Shown: positions 34,781 through 45,709, counted from the first letter of the stretch. The stretch is DNA of 64,000 nt from Hyphomicrobium sp. (GCA_017512425.1 JAFWGI010000016.1:636577-700576), one strand, 5' to 3'. Translations and numbers: made by a program. The notes: a model not told the origin generated them from the sequence alone.

Positions 34781-37036
34781 ATGCGTCGTCTAAGCCGGGC
34801 TGCCATCGCTGTCGCGCTCGCACTGTCCTGGTATCAGCCAGCATTGGCGACCGATCCCGACGATCAGCCGTGGGACGAAATCGACCGCGTGCTGCGCGAA
34901 GATCCGCAAAACGTCACGCCTGGAACCGAGGCTGCTGCGACCCAGCCGGACAATGCCGATCTTCCCGGCGGACCAGACCGCGATCCCGAGCCCGGTTTTG
35001 AGAATGACCGGCAACGCGATCTCGCGAAGGCCCCGCCCTGGGATCGCGTCGGCGAACCAGGCGGCGATCCCAGCGACGACCGGCTGGCACCGATCGAGCC
35101 GGAAGTGCTCGCCGCTCCGGAAAAGCCAATCGAGGTGCCTGCCGAAAAGCTGACAGAGCAACCCCCAACCGCGACGGCGCCTCCGGTTGAAGTGCCGGCG
35201 CAAACCGCGATGAAAGAAACGCCGGCGGACTCACCTGTCCCGCCATCGACGGAAACGACGGCAGCACCACCCGCAACGATCGCAGCCGATCAGCTCTACC
35301 TGCCCATCAGCCGCTATTTCGCAACCAAGGCCGTCGTTACATTGCGCGACTACGACGAGGCCGACCGGACCGCGCTCGCGCAATTCTATGACGCGCGCAT
35401 GGGCCAGACATTTTGGGTCTCGCGCGCCGGCCTGACGCCGGCTGGCGACCAATTGCGCACCGAGCTTGCGAAAGCCGACGACTGGGGACTGTCGAGCAAA
35501 GACCTGCTGATCCCCAATCTCGATCGGGTCGCGAACGATACGGCCAGCGATGAAGACCGCACGGACGCTGAAATCAAGCTGTCGTTGGCCGCGCTTCGGT
35601 ATGCGCGCCACGCGCGCGGTGGCCGCATCGCCAACCCGACGGAGCAGTTGTCGTCTTACATCGACCGCAAGCCGCAACTTCTGGAACCGGGACAAGTTAT
35701 CGAGGCGCTGACGGCGGCACCCGACAAAGTTGCCTATCTGCACGCATTGCATCCTAAGCACCCGCAATTCGAACGCCTGCGCCAGAAGCTTTTCGCAGTG
35801 CGCGCTGGCGGCGAGCAGGATACGTTTGAGAAAATCCCGTCGACCGGGCCTAAAACGGCTGTCGGCAAATCACACCCGCAAATCGCGCTTATCCGCGAGC
35901 GCCTGAAAGTACCGTCACCCGTCTTGAAGCCCGATGGCGCGGCCGCTGACGACACCTATTACGACGCGGCACTGGCGCGCGCGGTAGTGCAGTTCAAGGA
36001 GAAGCACGAACTCGAGCCTTATACGCCGACCATCACGAACGAACTGCGCAAACAGCTGAACAGAGACGATCGGGTCAGCGAAGACATGCTGCTCGCGAAC
36101 ATGGAACAATGGCGCTGGATGCCGGACGATCTTGGCGTCAAGCATATCGAAGTCAACGTTCCTGGATTCACGGTGCGCGTCATCAAGGACAACGCCGTCA
36201 TTCACGATGAGCGCATCGTCGCCGGGCGCTACGAGACGCAAACGCCGATTTTTTCGGACCGCATGAAAACACTCGTGTTCAATCCGTCTTGGATTGTGCC
36301 GCATTCGATCATGGTCAATGAGCTTCTTCCGAAGCTGCGCGCCGGCGGCAATCCGATTGCCCGTCAGGGCCTCGAAATCAAGCGTAACGATCGCTTGGTC
36401 GATGCGATGGACGTCAATTGGAACCGCTCGGACATCCGCCTCTATCATGTCTATCAGCCGCCCGGCCCGAGCAACGTGCTCGGCGTCGTGAAGTTCTTAT
36501 TCCCGAACAAGCACGCGGTCTATCTGCACGACACGCCGAGCAAGAGCCTGTTCAATGCCCGCGTCAGAACATTCAGCCACGGTTGCGTCCGCGTCCGTAA
36601 TCCCGTTCGCCTCGCTGAAGTCATCATGGAGCAGGACAAGGGGTGGGATGCGCGAAAGATCAAAGACCTGATCGCGCAGGGTCCGGGCGACAACGACGTC
36701 TCGCTCGACACGCCGATGCCGGTGCACATCATGTACTTCACGGCGTGGATCGATGACGACGGCACCGTCAAGACGTTTGACGACGTCTATGGCCACCAAC
36801 AGCGCATCACGCTCGCTTTAGCCGGACGCTTTTCCGAGATCGTCAAAAATCGCGACCACCTGCTGCCGCCGGACGTCAGCAAAGTTCCGGTGGCGCGCAA
36901 TCGGGGCGACTCGGGCGACGTGGGATGGTCGGAACGCCGCGATCCGCGCGTGACGTACCAGGCGGTTCCGCCGCCCAAGTACAAGAAAAACAAGTCAGTG
37001 GGCGACATCATTCAAGACGTATTCGGCGGCTTCTGA
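34781..37036 (+). CDS. L,D-transpeptidase (YcbB/LdtD-like: PG-binding + YkuD catalytic domain)
   Basis: The YkuD active-site region HAVYLHDTPSKSLFNARVRTFSHGCVRVRNP is present, along with a PG_binding-like segment (YYDAALARAVVQFKEKHELEP). A signal peptide is followed by ~170 aa of Pro/Asp/Glu-rich sequence. Confidence 0.9.
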   Translation: MRRLSRAAIAVALALSWYQPALATDPDDQPWDEIDRVLREDPQNVTPGTEAAATQPDNADLPGGPDRDPEPGFENDRQRDLAKAPPWDRVGEPGGDPSDDRLAPIEPEVLAAPEKPIEVPAEKLTEQPPTATAPPVEVPAQTAMKETPADSPVPPSTETTAAPPATIAADQLYLPISRYFATKAVVTLRDYDEADRTALAQFYDARMGQTFWVSRAGLTPAGDQLRTELAKADDWGLSSKDLLIPNLDRVANDTASDEDRTDAEIKLSLAALRYARHARGGRIANPTEQLSSYIDRKPQLLEPGQVIEALTAAPDKVAYLHALHPKHPQFERLRQKLFAVRAGGEQDTFEKIPSTGPKTAVGKSHPQIALIRERLKVPSPVLKPDGAAADDTYYDAALARAVVQFKEKHELEPYTPTITNELRKQLNRDDRVSEDMLLANMEQWRWMPDDLGVKHIEVNVPGFTVRVIKDNAVIHDERIVAGRYETQTPIFSDRMKTLVFNPSWIVPHSIMVNELLPKLRAGGNPIARQGLEIKRNDRLVDAMDVNWNRSDIRLYHVYQPPGPSNVLGVVKFLFPNKHAVYLHDTPSKSLFNARVRTFSHGCVRVRNPVRLAEVIMEQDKGWDARKIKDLIAQGPGDNDVSLDTPMPVHIMYFTAWIDDDGTVKTFDDVYGHQQRITLALAGRFSEIVKNRDHLLPPDVSKVPVARNRGDSGDVGWSERRDPRVTYQAVPPPKYKKNKSVGDIIQDVFGGF

Positions 37037-37239
37037 TCTCTCGCAAGAAGCAGCCGATCGCGCACGATAGCATCGCGCCGAGCCACCCTGCCCTTTTGTC
37101 GCCAAGTCTCGCGCGCTTAATGACGCCATCAGATGGTTACGCGGTCTTAACGGTTAGGGGTTAACCCTTTTGATCCGTGACCCGCCCGGCTTTGTTCTAG
37201 CCGCGGCGCCGGGGTTTTGCGTAGGGACGGGGGGTTTTT

Positions 37240-38862
37240 GTGGCGCTGAGCCGCTCAAACATTGTTGTCGGCATTCTGTCGCTGCTTGCAGCGTCAAGCC
37301 TGTCGTCCGACCGCATCATAGCCGCGGCACCCAAGGGCGAGCGCCAGATCTCGTTCTATCACATCCATACCAAAGAAACGCTGACCGTGACCTTCAAGAA
37401 GGACGGCCAGTTCATTCCCGACGCGTTGAAGAAGATCGATTGGATCATGCGCGACTGGCGCAAGAACCAGGCGATCAAGATCGATCCAGAGACGATCGAT
37501 CTCGCTTGGGAGATGCATCAGGAACTGGGATCGCGCGAACCGATCCAGATCATTTGCGGATTCCGTTCGTCTGAGACGAACAACATGCTGCGCCGGACGC
37601 GCGGCGGCCAAGCCAGCCAAAGTCAGCACATGACCGGCAAGGCGATCGACATCACGTTCCCGGATGTGCCGCTGAAGCGCATGCGGTATTCAGCACTCAT
37701 CCGCGAACGCGGTGGCGTTGGATATTATCCGACGTCAGGCATTCCGTTCGTCCACATCGATACCGCACGCGTGCGCTCGTGGCCGCGTTTGCCGCGCTAT
37801 GAATTGGCGCTGGTGTTTCCGGAAGGCCGCTCGAAGCATTTGCCGGCGACCGGCGGTCCGATCACGCCTTCCGATGTTCGCCTCGCCCAAAGCCAGCATC
37901 GCGATCTGGCAATGCAGGTTGCAGCCTGGAACGACACCCGCCGCGGTTTGACCGCGCCGACGCTGCTCGCCAGCGCCAAGCCGGCAGCGCCAGTTGCAAA
38001 CCCGGCAGTCGCCGAAATGATCCGCGCGCCGAAGTTTGCAGTCGCGTCTTTGCCGGGTGGCACGACGCCCGCGGCCTTGCCATCGATAACGGCTGGGCCG
38101 CCGGCACGTAAAATCGAACTGAAGGCGGAGCGCTTTGCGGTTGCGGCTGAAGTCAGCCCTCCGGTCTTGAAGCGGCCAGCGCAAGCCAAGCAACAGGTTG
38201 CAAGCCTAGCGCCGGCTGCCACTGCGCCCAAACTCGCGCAACCTCCGAAACTCGTGGAACGCCCATCGCACTTCACGCCCTCGGCGGCCGATCGCGGCAA
38301 ACTCAATTCGCTGTTCCAGCAGGCCGCAGCTCTGCCCGAGCCGCGCTTGATCAAGCCACCGCAATTGGCTGAGCGCCCGCAGAAGCAGCTCGCGGCCATC
38401 GCCGAGACTTTGGCACAGCCGGAACAACCGCTGCCGCGCTACGCTGGTCTGCAACTCGCGAGCCTGACGCCGGAAACGGATAGCACGAGCATCACCGACA
38501 TGAGCCCAGACGGCATTGGCAACGGCTGGGTGCAGGCACCGGAGTTCGACGAAGATCACCCGGACGAACTCGCCTACCGCCCATTCCCGCTGGCGCCGCT
38601 GCTGACGGAAACGGCGTCTGCTCATGATCCGCAATTGATCGGATCTCTGCAGCATCCTGACGTCGCCGCGACCCTCGAAATGATCGACGATGTCGGCGCG
38701 ATCGCTCCGATGAAGTTCCGCCCGGGCCGTCAGGTCGCGCAACTCATGTGGGCGCAGCAGTTCGAAGGCAAAGCGATCCATCTCGACGCGCTGATGGAAA
38801 TCGAACGTGGCCGCCTGCCGGAAGGCCTCGAAAATCGTGCCGTCCAGACGACATCGCGTTGA
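37240..38862 (+). CDS. DUF882 / peptidase M15A (YcbK/MepK-like) with a long C-terminal extension
   Basis: ISFYHIHTKETLTVTF...ICGFRSSETNNMLR...SQHMTGKAIDI...YYPTSGIPFVHIDT is typical of DUF882. It has a GTG start and sits downstream of the L,D-transpeptidase, matching the E. coli ycbB-ycbK arrangement. Confidence 0.85.
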   Translation: MALSRSNIVVGILSLLAASSLSSDRIIAAAPKGERQISFYHIHTKETLTVTFKKDGQFIPDALKKIDWIMRDWRKNQAIKIDPETIDLAWEMHQELGSREPIQIICGFRSSETNNMLRRTRGGQASQSQHMTGKAIDITFPDVPLKRMRYSALIRERGGVGYYPTSGIPFVHIDTARVRSWPRLPRYELALVFPEGRSKHLPATGGPITPSDVRLAQSQHRDLAMQVAAWNDTRRGLTAPTLLASAKPAAPVANPAVAEMIRAPKFAVASLPGGTTPAALPSITAGPPARKIELKAERFAVAAEVSPPVLKRPAQAKQQVASLAPAATAPKLAQPPKLVERPSHFTPSAADRGKLNSLFQQAAALPEPRLIKPPQLAERPQKQLAAIAETLAQPEQPLPRYAGLQLASLTPETDSTSITDMSPDGIGNGWVQAPEFDEDHPDELAYRPFPLAPLLTETASAHDPQLIGSLQHPDVAATLEMIDDVGAIAPMKFRPGRQVAQLMWAQQFEGKAIHLDALMEIERGRLPEGLENRAVQTTSR

Positions 38863-38889
38863 GCGCCACGCGATCGACAGACTGCACGA

Positions 38890-39819
38890 TCAGGCCGGCG
38901 TTGCGTCTTCAGCGCGCTTCAGTGTGATTTTTCCAGCTTCCGCCACCAACGCCGCAAGCGCGTTGAAGTCCGCTTGACGCGGGCTTGATTTGCGCCACGC
39001 TAAGCCGAGCGTGCGCGACGGTTGCGGTTCAGCAAACGGGATCACTTTCAAATCGCGGCTGCGGCTCTCGACGCCGACGCATATCTCCGGAAGCAGTGTG
39101 ATCCCAAGACCCGCCGATACCATTTCGACAATCGTCGACAAGCTCGTCGCGCCAAACGTATTGACGGTGTCGACCTGCTGCAGCGAGCAGAACGTCAGCG
39201 CCTGATCGCGCAGGCAATGGCCTTCTTCAAGCAACAGCAGCCGGTCGCTCTCGATCAGCTCCTTCGTTGCGCGCACGCGCCCCGACAAGTTTTTTGATTG
39301 CGGCATCGCGAGCAAAAAGCGGTCTTCCAAAATCGGTCGCGTTTCGATGTCGGGATGCTTGACCGGCAACGCCAGCAACAGAACGTCGAGTTTGCCCTCG
39401 ACCAATTCGTCGGTCAGGTGCTGCGTCTGGGTTTCGCGCAGGTGAAGCACGAGATCGGGATATGTCGCGCGCAGCATTGGCAGCAGCGGCGGCAAGAGAT
39501 ATGGCGCGACGGATGGGATCACACCGAAGCGCAGGGACCCAGACAAGACGCCGGTCGAATGTTGCGCGAAGTCAATGAGATCGCGCGCATCATTCAGTAG
39601 ACGTTGTGCCCGGACGGCGATCTCGGCGCCCTTCGGCGTCAGCTTGATGCCCGACCGTGTCCTCTCGACGAGCGCGATGCCAAGCGATGCTTCCAGTTCC
39701 TGTATCTGCATCGACAACGCTGGTTGGGTGACCGCGCACGCATCAGCGGCCCGCCCGAAATGCTGCTCCCGCGCGAGGGCGTCGAAATATTTCAGCTGTT
39801 TCAGCGTGACGTGTGCCAT
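38890..39819 (-). CDS. oxyR: LysR-family peroxide sensor OxyR
   Basis: It has an N-terminal wHTH (LKYFDALAREQHFGRAADACAVTQPALSMQIQELE) and the redox cysteine pair in EEGHCLRDQALTFC. It is divergent from a catalase gene. Confidence 0.88.
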   Translation of the reverse strand: MAHVTLKQLKYFDALAREQHFGRAADACAVTQPALSMQIQELEASLGIALVERTRSGIKLTPKGAEIAVRAQRLLNDARDLIDFAQHSTGVLSGSLRFGVIPSVAPYLLPPLLPMLRATYPDLVLHLRETQTQHLTDELVEGKLDVLLLALPVKHPDIETRPILEDRFLLAMPQSKNLSGRVRATKELIESDRLLLLEEGHCLRDQALTFCSLQQVDTVNTFGATSLSTIVEMVSAGLGITLLPEICVGVESRSRDLKVIPFAEPQPSRTLGLAWRKSSPRQADFNALAALVAEAGKITLKRAEDATPA

Positions 39820-39914
39820 CAGGTAAAATTATCATAGGTCGCTAGAAGCTCAATTAGAACTTATCAAAACTTTAGAATAGCGTGCGGCGCATCGTACAAA
39901 AGGAACCTAGTTGC
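39820..39914. promoter_or_regulatory. Divergent oxyR-catalase control region (probable OxyR operator)
   Basis: This is a 95-bp AT-richer spacer containing ATAG.../...TAGAATAG elements (ATCATAGGTCGCTAGAAGCTCAATTAGAACTTATCAAAACTTTAGAATAGCG). The operator assignment is an inference from gene context only. Confidence 0.35.
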
Positions 39915-41387
39915 ATGTCTAAGCCGACCTTGACGACCACCGCCGGTGCGCCAATCGCCGACAACCAGAATTCTGCAACTGCCGGTCCGCGCGGGCCGGT
40001 TTTGATGCAAGACTATCAGCTTCTCGAAAAGCTCGCACATCAGAACCGCGAGCGCATCCCGGAACGCACCGTGCACGCTAAAGGCTGGGGTGCGTACGGC
40101 ACGCTGACAATAACGCACGACATTACAAAGTACACCAAAGCCGCGCCATTCTCGGCCGTTGGCAAGAAGACCGAGATGCTGGCGCGCTTTTCGACCGTCG
40201 CCGGCGAGCTCGGCGCAGCCGACGCCGAGCGCGACGTGCGCGGCTTCGCCTTGAAGTTTTACACCGAGGAAGGCAACTGGGATCTCGTCGGCAACAACAC
40301 GCCCGTGTTCTTTGTCCGCGATCCCTACAAGTTCCCGGACTTCATCCACACCCAGAAGCGCCACCCAAAGACCAATATGCGGTCGCCAACCGCCATGTGG
40401 GATTTCTGGTCGCTGTCGCCGGAAAGCTTGCATCAGGTCACGGTGCTGATGTCGGACCGCGGCCTGCCGACCGACGTGCGCCACATCAACGGCTACGGCT
40501 CACATACCTACTCGTTCATCAACGCCGCGAACGAGCGCTTCTGGGTCAAGTTCCACTTCAAGACGCTGCAAGGCCATAAGCACTGGACGAACGCAGAAGC
40601 CGCCCAAGTCGTCGGCAAATCACGCGAGACGACACAGGACGACCTCTTTCACGCGATTGAAAGCGGCGACTTCCCCAAGTGGAAGGTGCAGGTTCAGATC
40701 ATGCCGGAAGCCGATGCAGGCAAGCATTGGTACAATCCATTCGATCTGACGAAGGTCTGGCCGCACGGTGACTATCCGCCGATGGACGTTGGCGTATTCG
40801 AATTAAACCGCACCGCCGACAATTATTTCGCAGAGATCGAGCAAGCCGCTTTTTCGCCGTCGAACATCATACCGGGCATCGGCTTCTCGCCGGACAAGAT
40901 GCTGCAGGCGCGCATCTTCTCGTATGCCGACGCGCATCGCTACCGGTTAGGCACGAACTACGAGGCGTTGCCGGTCAACGCACCGAAATGTCCGGTCCAT
41001 AACTATCACAAGGACGGTCCGATGCGGTTCTTCTCGAACAACGCACCGGCCAACGCCTACTATGAACCAAACTCTTTCGGCGGCCCTGCGGAAAACAAAG
41101 CGCTCGCCGAACCGCCGCTCAAGATTTCGGGCGACGCCGATCGCTTCAATCACCGCGACGGCAACGACGACTACAAGCAGCCGGGTGATCTGTATCGCCT
41201 GCTGTCGAAGGACGGGCAGGATCGCCTGTGCGACAACATCCGCGATGCGATGCAGGGCGTGCCCGTCGATATCGTCAAGCGTCAGGTCGCGCACTTCTAC
41301 AAGGCTGATCCGGCATACGGCCGGGGCGTGGCGACCCGCATGGGCCTGTCCGACAAAGATTTCAATTTCGCGGATGCGGCGGAGTAG
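39915..41387 (+). CDS. katA: Monofunctional heme catalase (small-subunit clade)
   Basis: [38 protein letters not shown] and the proximal Tyr region [12 protein letters not shown] are all present. Confidence 0.95.
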   Translation: MSKPTLTTTAGAPIADNQNSATAGPRGPVLMQDYQLLEKLAHQNRERIPERTVHAKGWGAYGTLTITHDITKYTKAAPFSAVGKKTEMLARFSTVAGELGAADAERDVRGFALKFYTEEGNWDLVGNNTPVFFVRDPYKFPDFIHTQKRHPKTNMRSPTAMWDFWSLSPESLHQVTVLMSDRGLPTDVRHINGYGSHTYSFINAANERFWVKFHFKTLQGHKHWTNAEAAQVVGKSRETTQDDLFHAIESGDFPKWKVQVQIMPEADAGKHWYNPFDLTKVWPHGDYPPMDVGVFELNRTADNYFAEIEQAAFSPSNIIPGIGFSPDKMLQARIFSYADAHRYRLGTNYEALPVNAPKCPVHNYHKDGPMRFFSNNAPANAYYEPNSFGGPAENKALAEPPLKISGDADRFNHRDGNDDYKQPGDLYRLLSKDGQDRLCDNIRDAMQGVPVDIVKRQVAHFYKADPAYGRGVATRMGLSDKDFNFADAAE

Positions 41388-41461
41388 GAGGCACCACGTC
41401 CTACGCCGCCCATGATGGCCCGGACGGGCGCCGACCCGTCCGGGCCGTTCTTTCTCAGGAA

Positions 41462-41498
41462 ACAAAAAACGCCGGTCGACGAGACCGGCGTTTTGCAT
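41462..41498. terminator. Bidirectional rho-independent terminator
   Basis: AACGCCGGTC (41468..41477) pairs with GACCGGCGTT (41483..41492). It has AAAAAA upstream and TTTT downstream. It lies between the convergent catalase and gapR-like genes. Confidence 0.75.
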
Positions 41499-41518
41499 TT
41501 CGCAATTCACCTGAGCGG

Positions 41519-41818
41519 CTATTCCGCAGCGACCATCGCGTCGGCATAAGCTTCGGCAGCGGCGCTGTTGTCGTTGAGCATACCGAGCGCATGCAAATAG
41601 ACTTCAAGCACGCTCTCTTCTTCCTGACGCTCTTCCTGGCTCTTTTTGCGCAGGCGCACGACCTGGCGCAGAACCTTGACGTCGAAGCCGACGGCCTTCG
41701 CTTCCAGATACTTGTCGCGAATGTCGCTCGCAGTCTGCTTTTTCTCTTCCTCCAGCCGCTCGATCTGCTCGACCAGCTGGCGCAACTGCTTCTGCGTCGA
41801 CGCCTGAAGCGTGCTCAT
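41519..41818 (-). CDS. gapR: DUF2312 / GapR-like nucleoid-associated protein
   Basis: [69 protein letters not shown] resembles my recollection of the GapR coiled-coil sequence. GGGAG lies upstream of the ATG at 41818. Confidence 0.85.
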   Translation of the reverse strand: MSTLQASTQKQLRQLVEQIERLEEEKKQTASDIRDKYLEAKAVGFDVKVLRQVVRLRKKSQEERQEEESVLEVYLHALGMLNDNSAAAEAYADAMVAAE

Positions 41819-41974
41819 ACGTGAACTCCCTGATGCGTGAAAACCAGAGCCGAAGCTACGGTCCGCATCCGGCGCGAACAAGGCAATTGCATCAGCAATC
41901 CCCGAGCAATTCTCAGGGAGAAATCGATTTGCGTGCTTGACGTGTAAACGCGCAAAAGTGAGTCGCGCGCCCGA

Positions 41975-42283
41975 CTAGTCTTTTGGCCGGTTGTTTTCGA
42001 ACGCGGCAAGTTTATCGGCGCTCGCTTCCTTTTGGTGCTTCGCCTGCCATTGCGCATAGGGCTCGCCGTAGACGATCTCGCGGGCTTCGTCCTTCGAGAG
42101 AGTCAATCCCTTGTCTTTGGCCGCGTCCATCATCCAGTTCGACAGGCAGTTCCGGCAGAAGCCAGCAAGATTCATGAGATCAATATTCTGGACGTCCGAG
42201 CGTTCGCGCAGATGCGCGACGAGCCGCCGGTAGGCAGCAGCCTGTAGTTCCAACGTCGTCTGATCATCGAAGGTTTTCATCAC
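41975..42283 (-). CDS. DUF1244 domain protein
   Basis: The region AAYRRLVAHLRERSDVQNIDLMNLAGFCRNCLSNWM is characteristic of DUF1244. Confidence 0.8.
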   Translation of the reverse strand: MMKTFDDQTTLELQAAAYRRLVAHLRERSDVQNIDLMNLAGFCRNCLSNWMMDAAKDKGLTLSKDEAREIVYGEPYAQWQAKHQKEASADKLAAFENNRPKD

Positions 42284-42466
42284 CGCTCCAAAGGGCAGGC
42301 GTTCCCCTGCCCACTTGAGTAAACATCTGCGATTTAGATAGGCATTTAACGGCCGATCAGCAATTGGCCCTATCCTGCGGCCATCGCAACCTTGACGACC
42401 CCGCCGCCATTGCGCAAACCAGCGCTCTACTCATAAAGTTCTAGAAAATACTGGTGAGGAACGGCA

Positions 42467-43753
42467 ATGGCGGATGCGGCTCAACGGGCGACATTGATGG
42501 CGCTTTACGAAGCCGCCTACACCACCGCGCATCCCTCTACATGTCTGCCGCCTTATCTCCCGCCCGTGCCGCCGAATGGCCGCATCATCATTATCGGCGG
42601 CGGCAAGGGCTCAGCGGCGATGGCGGTGGCAACCGAGCAGCACTATATCGCGCAAGGCCAGGGCGACAAAATCTCAGGCTTGATTTCGACGCGTCACGGC
42701 TTCGGCTTGCCGACGCAGATCATCAAAATTCTCGAAGCCGGACATCCGGTGCCGGACGCCAATTCGATCGAAGGCGCGAAGCAGGCGATCGCACTCGCCA
42801 AAAGCGCAGGTCCGGAAGACCTCGTGTTGTGCCTGCTCTCTGGCGGCGCATCCGCGATCTGGTCGGCGCCGGTCGACGGGGTTACATTCGAAGCCAAGCA
42901 GCAGTTGACCAAGCAGTTGCTGCGCTCGGGCGCGCCGATCTCCGAGATGAATTGCGTGCGCAAGCACCTCTCCCAGATCAAGGGCGGAAAACTCGCGGCC
43001 GCGGTCTACCCGGCGCGCCTGCTGACAGTTTCAATCTCTGACGTCCCGGGCGATCACCCCGACGAGATCGGCTCCGGCCCGACGGTTGCCGACCGCTCGA
43101 CGCTTGCCGACGCCCGCGCCGTTCTCGAACGCTGGAATATTGCTCCGTCGCCGGAAATCGCCACGGCCCTGAACAACCCGGCGAACGAAACGCTGAAAGC
43201 CGGCGACACCAAGCTGTCATCGTCCGAATACAAAATCGTCGCCGCGCCGAAGGCGTCCATCGAGGCTGCCGCAAAAATTGCGCGTGACAAGGGCTACCGC
43301 GTCGACTTCCTCGGCGACAGTCTCGAAGGCGAGGCACGCGAGGTCGCGAAGTTCCACGCAGCTATGGCGCTCGACGCCAAACGCCGCGGCGAGAAGGTTG
43401 CCATCATGTCGGGCGGCGAATTGACCGTGACGGTCAAGGGCAACGGCTCCGGCGGCCCCAACCAGGAATACGCGCTCGGCCTTGCGATCGCATTGGACGG
43501 CGCGCCCGGCATTTCCGGACTTGCAGGTGATACTGACGGCATCGACGGCGGCGGCGGCAATGCCGGCGACCCGGCCGGCGCCATCGTATTCCCGGATACG
43601 ATCAATCGCGCACTTGCGCAAAATCTCAATGCCGCCAAGTTCTTGGAGAACAACGATTCGACGGGTTTCTTCCGCCCGATCGGCGATCTCATTCTGTGCG
43701 GTCCGACACAGACGAACGTCAACGATTTCCGCGTTGTCCTCGTCGACCCTTGA
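42467..43753 (+). CDS. Glycerate 2-kinase (DUF4147 + MOFRL family; often annotated as hydroxypyruvate reductase TtuD)
   Basis: The motifs GGGKGSAAMA, LLSGGASA, KHLSQIKGG and a C-terminal MOFRL region (GGELTVTVKG...GGPNQEYAL...DTDGIDG) are present. Confidence 0.88.
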   Translation: MADAAQRATLMALYEAAYTTAHPSTCLPPYLPPVPPNGRIIIIGGGKGSAAMAVATEQHYIAQGQGDKISGLISTRHGFGLPTQIIKILEAGHPVPDANSIEGAKQAIALAKSAGPEDLVLCLLSGGASAIWSAPVDGVTFEAKQQLTKQLLRSGAPISEMNCVRKHLSQIKGGKLAAAVYPARLLTVSISDVPGDHPDEIGSGPTVADRSTLADARAVLERWNIAPSPEIATALNNPANETLKAGDTKLSSSEYKIVAAPKASIEAAAKIARDKGYRVDFLGDSLEGEAREVAKFHAAMALDAKRRGEKVAIMSGGELTVTVKGNGSGGPNQEYALGLAIALDGAPGISGLAGDTDGIDGGGGNAGDPAGAIVFPDTINRALAQNLNAAKFLENNDSTGFFRPIGDLILCGPTQTNVNDFRVVLVDP

Positions 43754-43817
43754 GCGCACAGCCACCTCTGATTGCCGTCAGGCGCGATGCCCCGAGATCA
43801 TTTCTCGGAGACGAAGC

Positions 43818-44261
43818 GTGACATATGATTGCGCGCATGGCCTGCGCGGAGCGGTTTTGGGCCTTACAGCATTTTTTGCACTGGGTATTTCTGACGTCCG
43901 TGCCGACCTCAAACTCTGCAATTCGACCGCTGGGCGTGTCGGCGTTGCGATCGGCTATCAGGACAACACCGGCTGGGCGACCGAAGGCTGGTGGAACATC
44001 GCCTCGCAGACCTGCGAAACGCTGCTCAAGGGCGCGCTGCCGAGCCGTTTCGTCTACGTTCATGCGATCGACTACGATCGGGGCGGCGAATGGGGCGGCA
44101 AAAACGAGATGTGCACCACCGACAAGTCGTTTGCGATCCGGGGGGTTCAGGATTGCCCGAAACGCGGATATAAGCGCACGGGCTTTTTTGAAGTGGACAC
44201 CGGTGAGGCGAAGGAATGGACGATCCGTCTCACCGATCCTGAGGGTCAAGGAAAACAATAA
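43818..44261 (+). CDS. DUF1036 domain protein
   Basis: LKLCNSTAGRVGVAIGYQDNTGWATEGWWNI...CPKRGYKRTGFFEVDTGE is typical of DUF1036. The GTG at 43818 follows GGAG; the track start at 43482 overlaps the glycerate kinase gene. It lies immediately upstream of pyk. Confidence 0.8.
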   Translation: MTYDCAHGLRGAVLGLTAFFALGISDVRADLKLCNSTAGRVGVAIGYQDNTGWATEGWWNIASQTCETLLKGALPSRFVYVHAIDYDRGGEWGGKNEMCTTDKSFAIRGVQDCPKRGYKRTGFFEVDTGEAKEWTIRLTDPEGQGKQ

Positions 44262-44263
44262 AT

Positions 44264-45709
44264 ATGAGACGTAACCGGCGGGTCAAGATCGTCGCGACGC
44301 TTGGCCCCGCATCCGCCGCTCCCGAAATGGTCGAGCGGCTGTTTTTAGCGGGCGTCGATGTCTTCCGCATCAACATGAGCCACTCGAGCCACGACGGCTC
44401 GAAGACGCTTTATAATACCGTTCGTGCCTGCGCGGCGCGTCATCGCCACCCGATCGGCATTCTCGCCGACCTACAGGGCCCGAAGTTCCGCATCGGAGAA
44501 TTCCAGGCCGGCCGCGTCAACGTTCCTGCAAAGTCGATCTTTCGCTTTGACCGCGCTGAGGTGCTCGGCGATTCAGAACGCGTGTTCCTGCCGCACACGC
44601 AGATTTTCGACGCCATCGAGCCGGGGCACAATCTGGTGCTCGACGACGGCAAACTCAGAATGCGCGTCATCGAAAAATCCGACGTGCAGATCGTAACGGA
44701 AGTGATCACCGGCGGCATGCTCGCGAGCCGCAAGGGCATCTCGATGCCCGATACGCTGCTGCCGATCTCGCCGCTGACCGAGAAGGACAAGCAAGACCTC
44801 TCGCACGCACTGAAACTCGGTGTCGATTGGGTGGCGCTATCCTTCGTGCAGCGCGCGGAAGACTTGCACGAAGTGCGCAAGCTGATCGGCGACAAGGCGG
44901 CGATCCTCTCGAAAATCGAAAAGCCGTCTGCCGTCACCGATCTCGAAGCAATCATCGCCGCGTCTGACGGTATCATGGTCGCGCGTGGCGACCTCGGCGT
45001 CGAACTCCCCGTCGAAAAGGTGCCGGGCATCCAGAAGCGCATCACGCGCATGGCGCGCGCCGCCGGCAAGCCTGTGATCGTCGCTACGCAGATGCTGGAG
45101 TCGATGATCTCGTCGCCCATGCCGACGCGCGCGGAAGTCTCGGATGTTGCGACTGCCGTGTTCGACGGCGCCGACGCGATCATGCTGTCGGCGGAAAGCG
45201 CTGTCGGCCAGTATCCGACCGAAGCCATCCAGATGATGGACAAGATTGCGATCGAGTGCGAGCACGACCCGGTCTACGAAGCCATCCTTTATGCGACCCA
45301 AACTGAGCCGCTACCGACGGGTGCCGACGCGATCGCGGCAGCGGCCTCGGCGATCGCCGACACGGTGCAGCTCGGCGCCATCGTTTGCTACACGGCGACC
45401 GGTTCAACCGTGCTGCGCGTTACGCGCGAACGCCCTGGCATTCCCGTTATCGGTTTGACGCCGGTTGAATCGACCGCACGGCGTCTGTCGCTCGTCTGGG
45501 GTGTGCAATCGATCCTGACAGGCGATCCTGAAAACTTGTCACATATGGTTCGCAAGGCCTGCCGCATCGCATTCGAAGAAGGGCTCGTCAAACCACGCGA
45601 TGGGATTCTGATCACCGCCGGCGTACCACTTGGCTCGCCCGGCGCGACAAACATGATCCGTATCGCGTTCGTCGATGAGAGCGGTGCGCCGATCGCCGAG
45701 GACGTTTAA
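44264..45709 (+). CDS. pyk: Pyruvate kinase
   Basis: KIVATLGPAS, FRINMSHS, IMVARGDLGVELP and ATQMLESM are present. Confidence 0.95.
   Translation: MRRNRRVKIVATLGPASAAPEMVERLFLAGVDVFRINMSHSSHDGSKTLYNTVRACAARHRHPIGILADLQGPKFRIGEFQAGRVNVPAKSIFRFDRAEVLGDSERVFLPHTQIFDAIEPGHNLVLDDGKLRMRVIEKSDVQIVTEVITGGMLASRKGISMPDTLLPISPLTEKDKQDLSHALKLGVDWVALSFVQRAEDLHEVRKLIGDKAAILSKIEKPSAVTDLEAIIAASDGIMVARGDLGVELPVEKVPGIQKRITRMARAAGKPVIVATQMLESMISSPMPTRAEVSDVATAVFDGADAIMLSAESAVGQYPTEAIQMMDKIAIECEHDPVYEAILYATQTEPLPTGADAIAAAASAIADTVQLGAIVCYTATGSTVLRVTRERPGIPVIGLTPVESTARRLSLVWGVQSILTGDPENLSHMVRKACRIAFEEGLVKPRDGILITAGVPLGSPGATNMIRIAFVDESGAPIAEDV

Noticed and set aside
43482-43817. Upstream extension of the DUF1036 ORF
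   Set aside because: It overlaps the glycerate kinase C-terminus in another frame. The signal-peptide-like start and GGAG-GTG at 43818 fit better.
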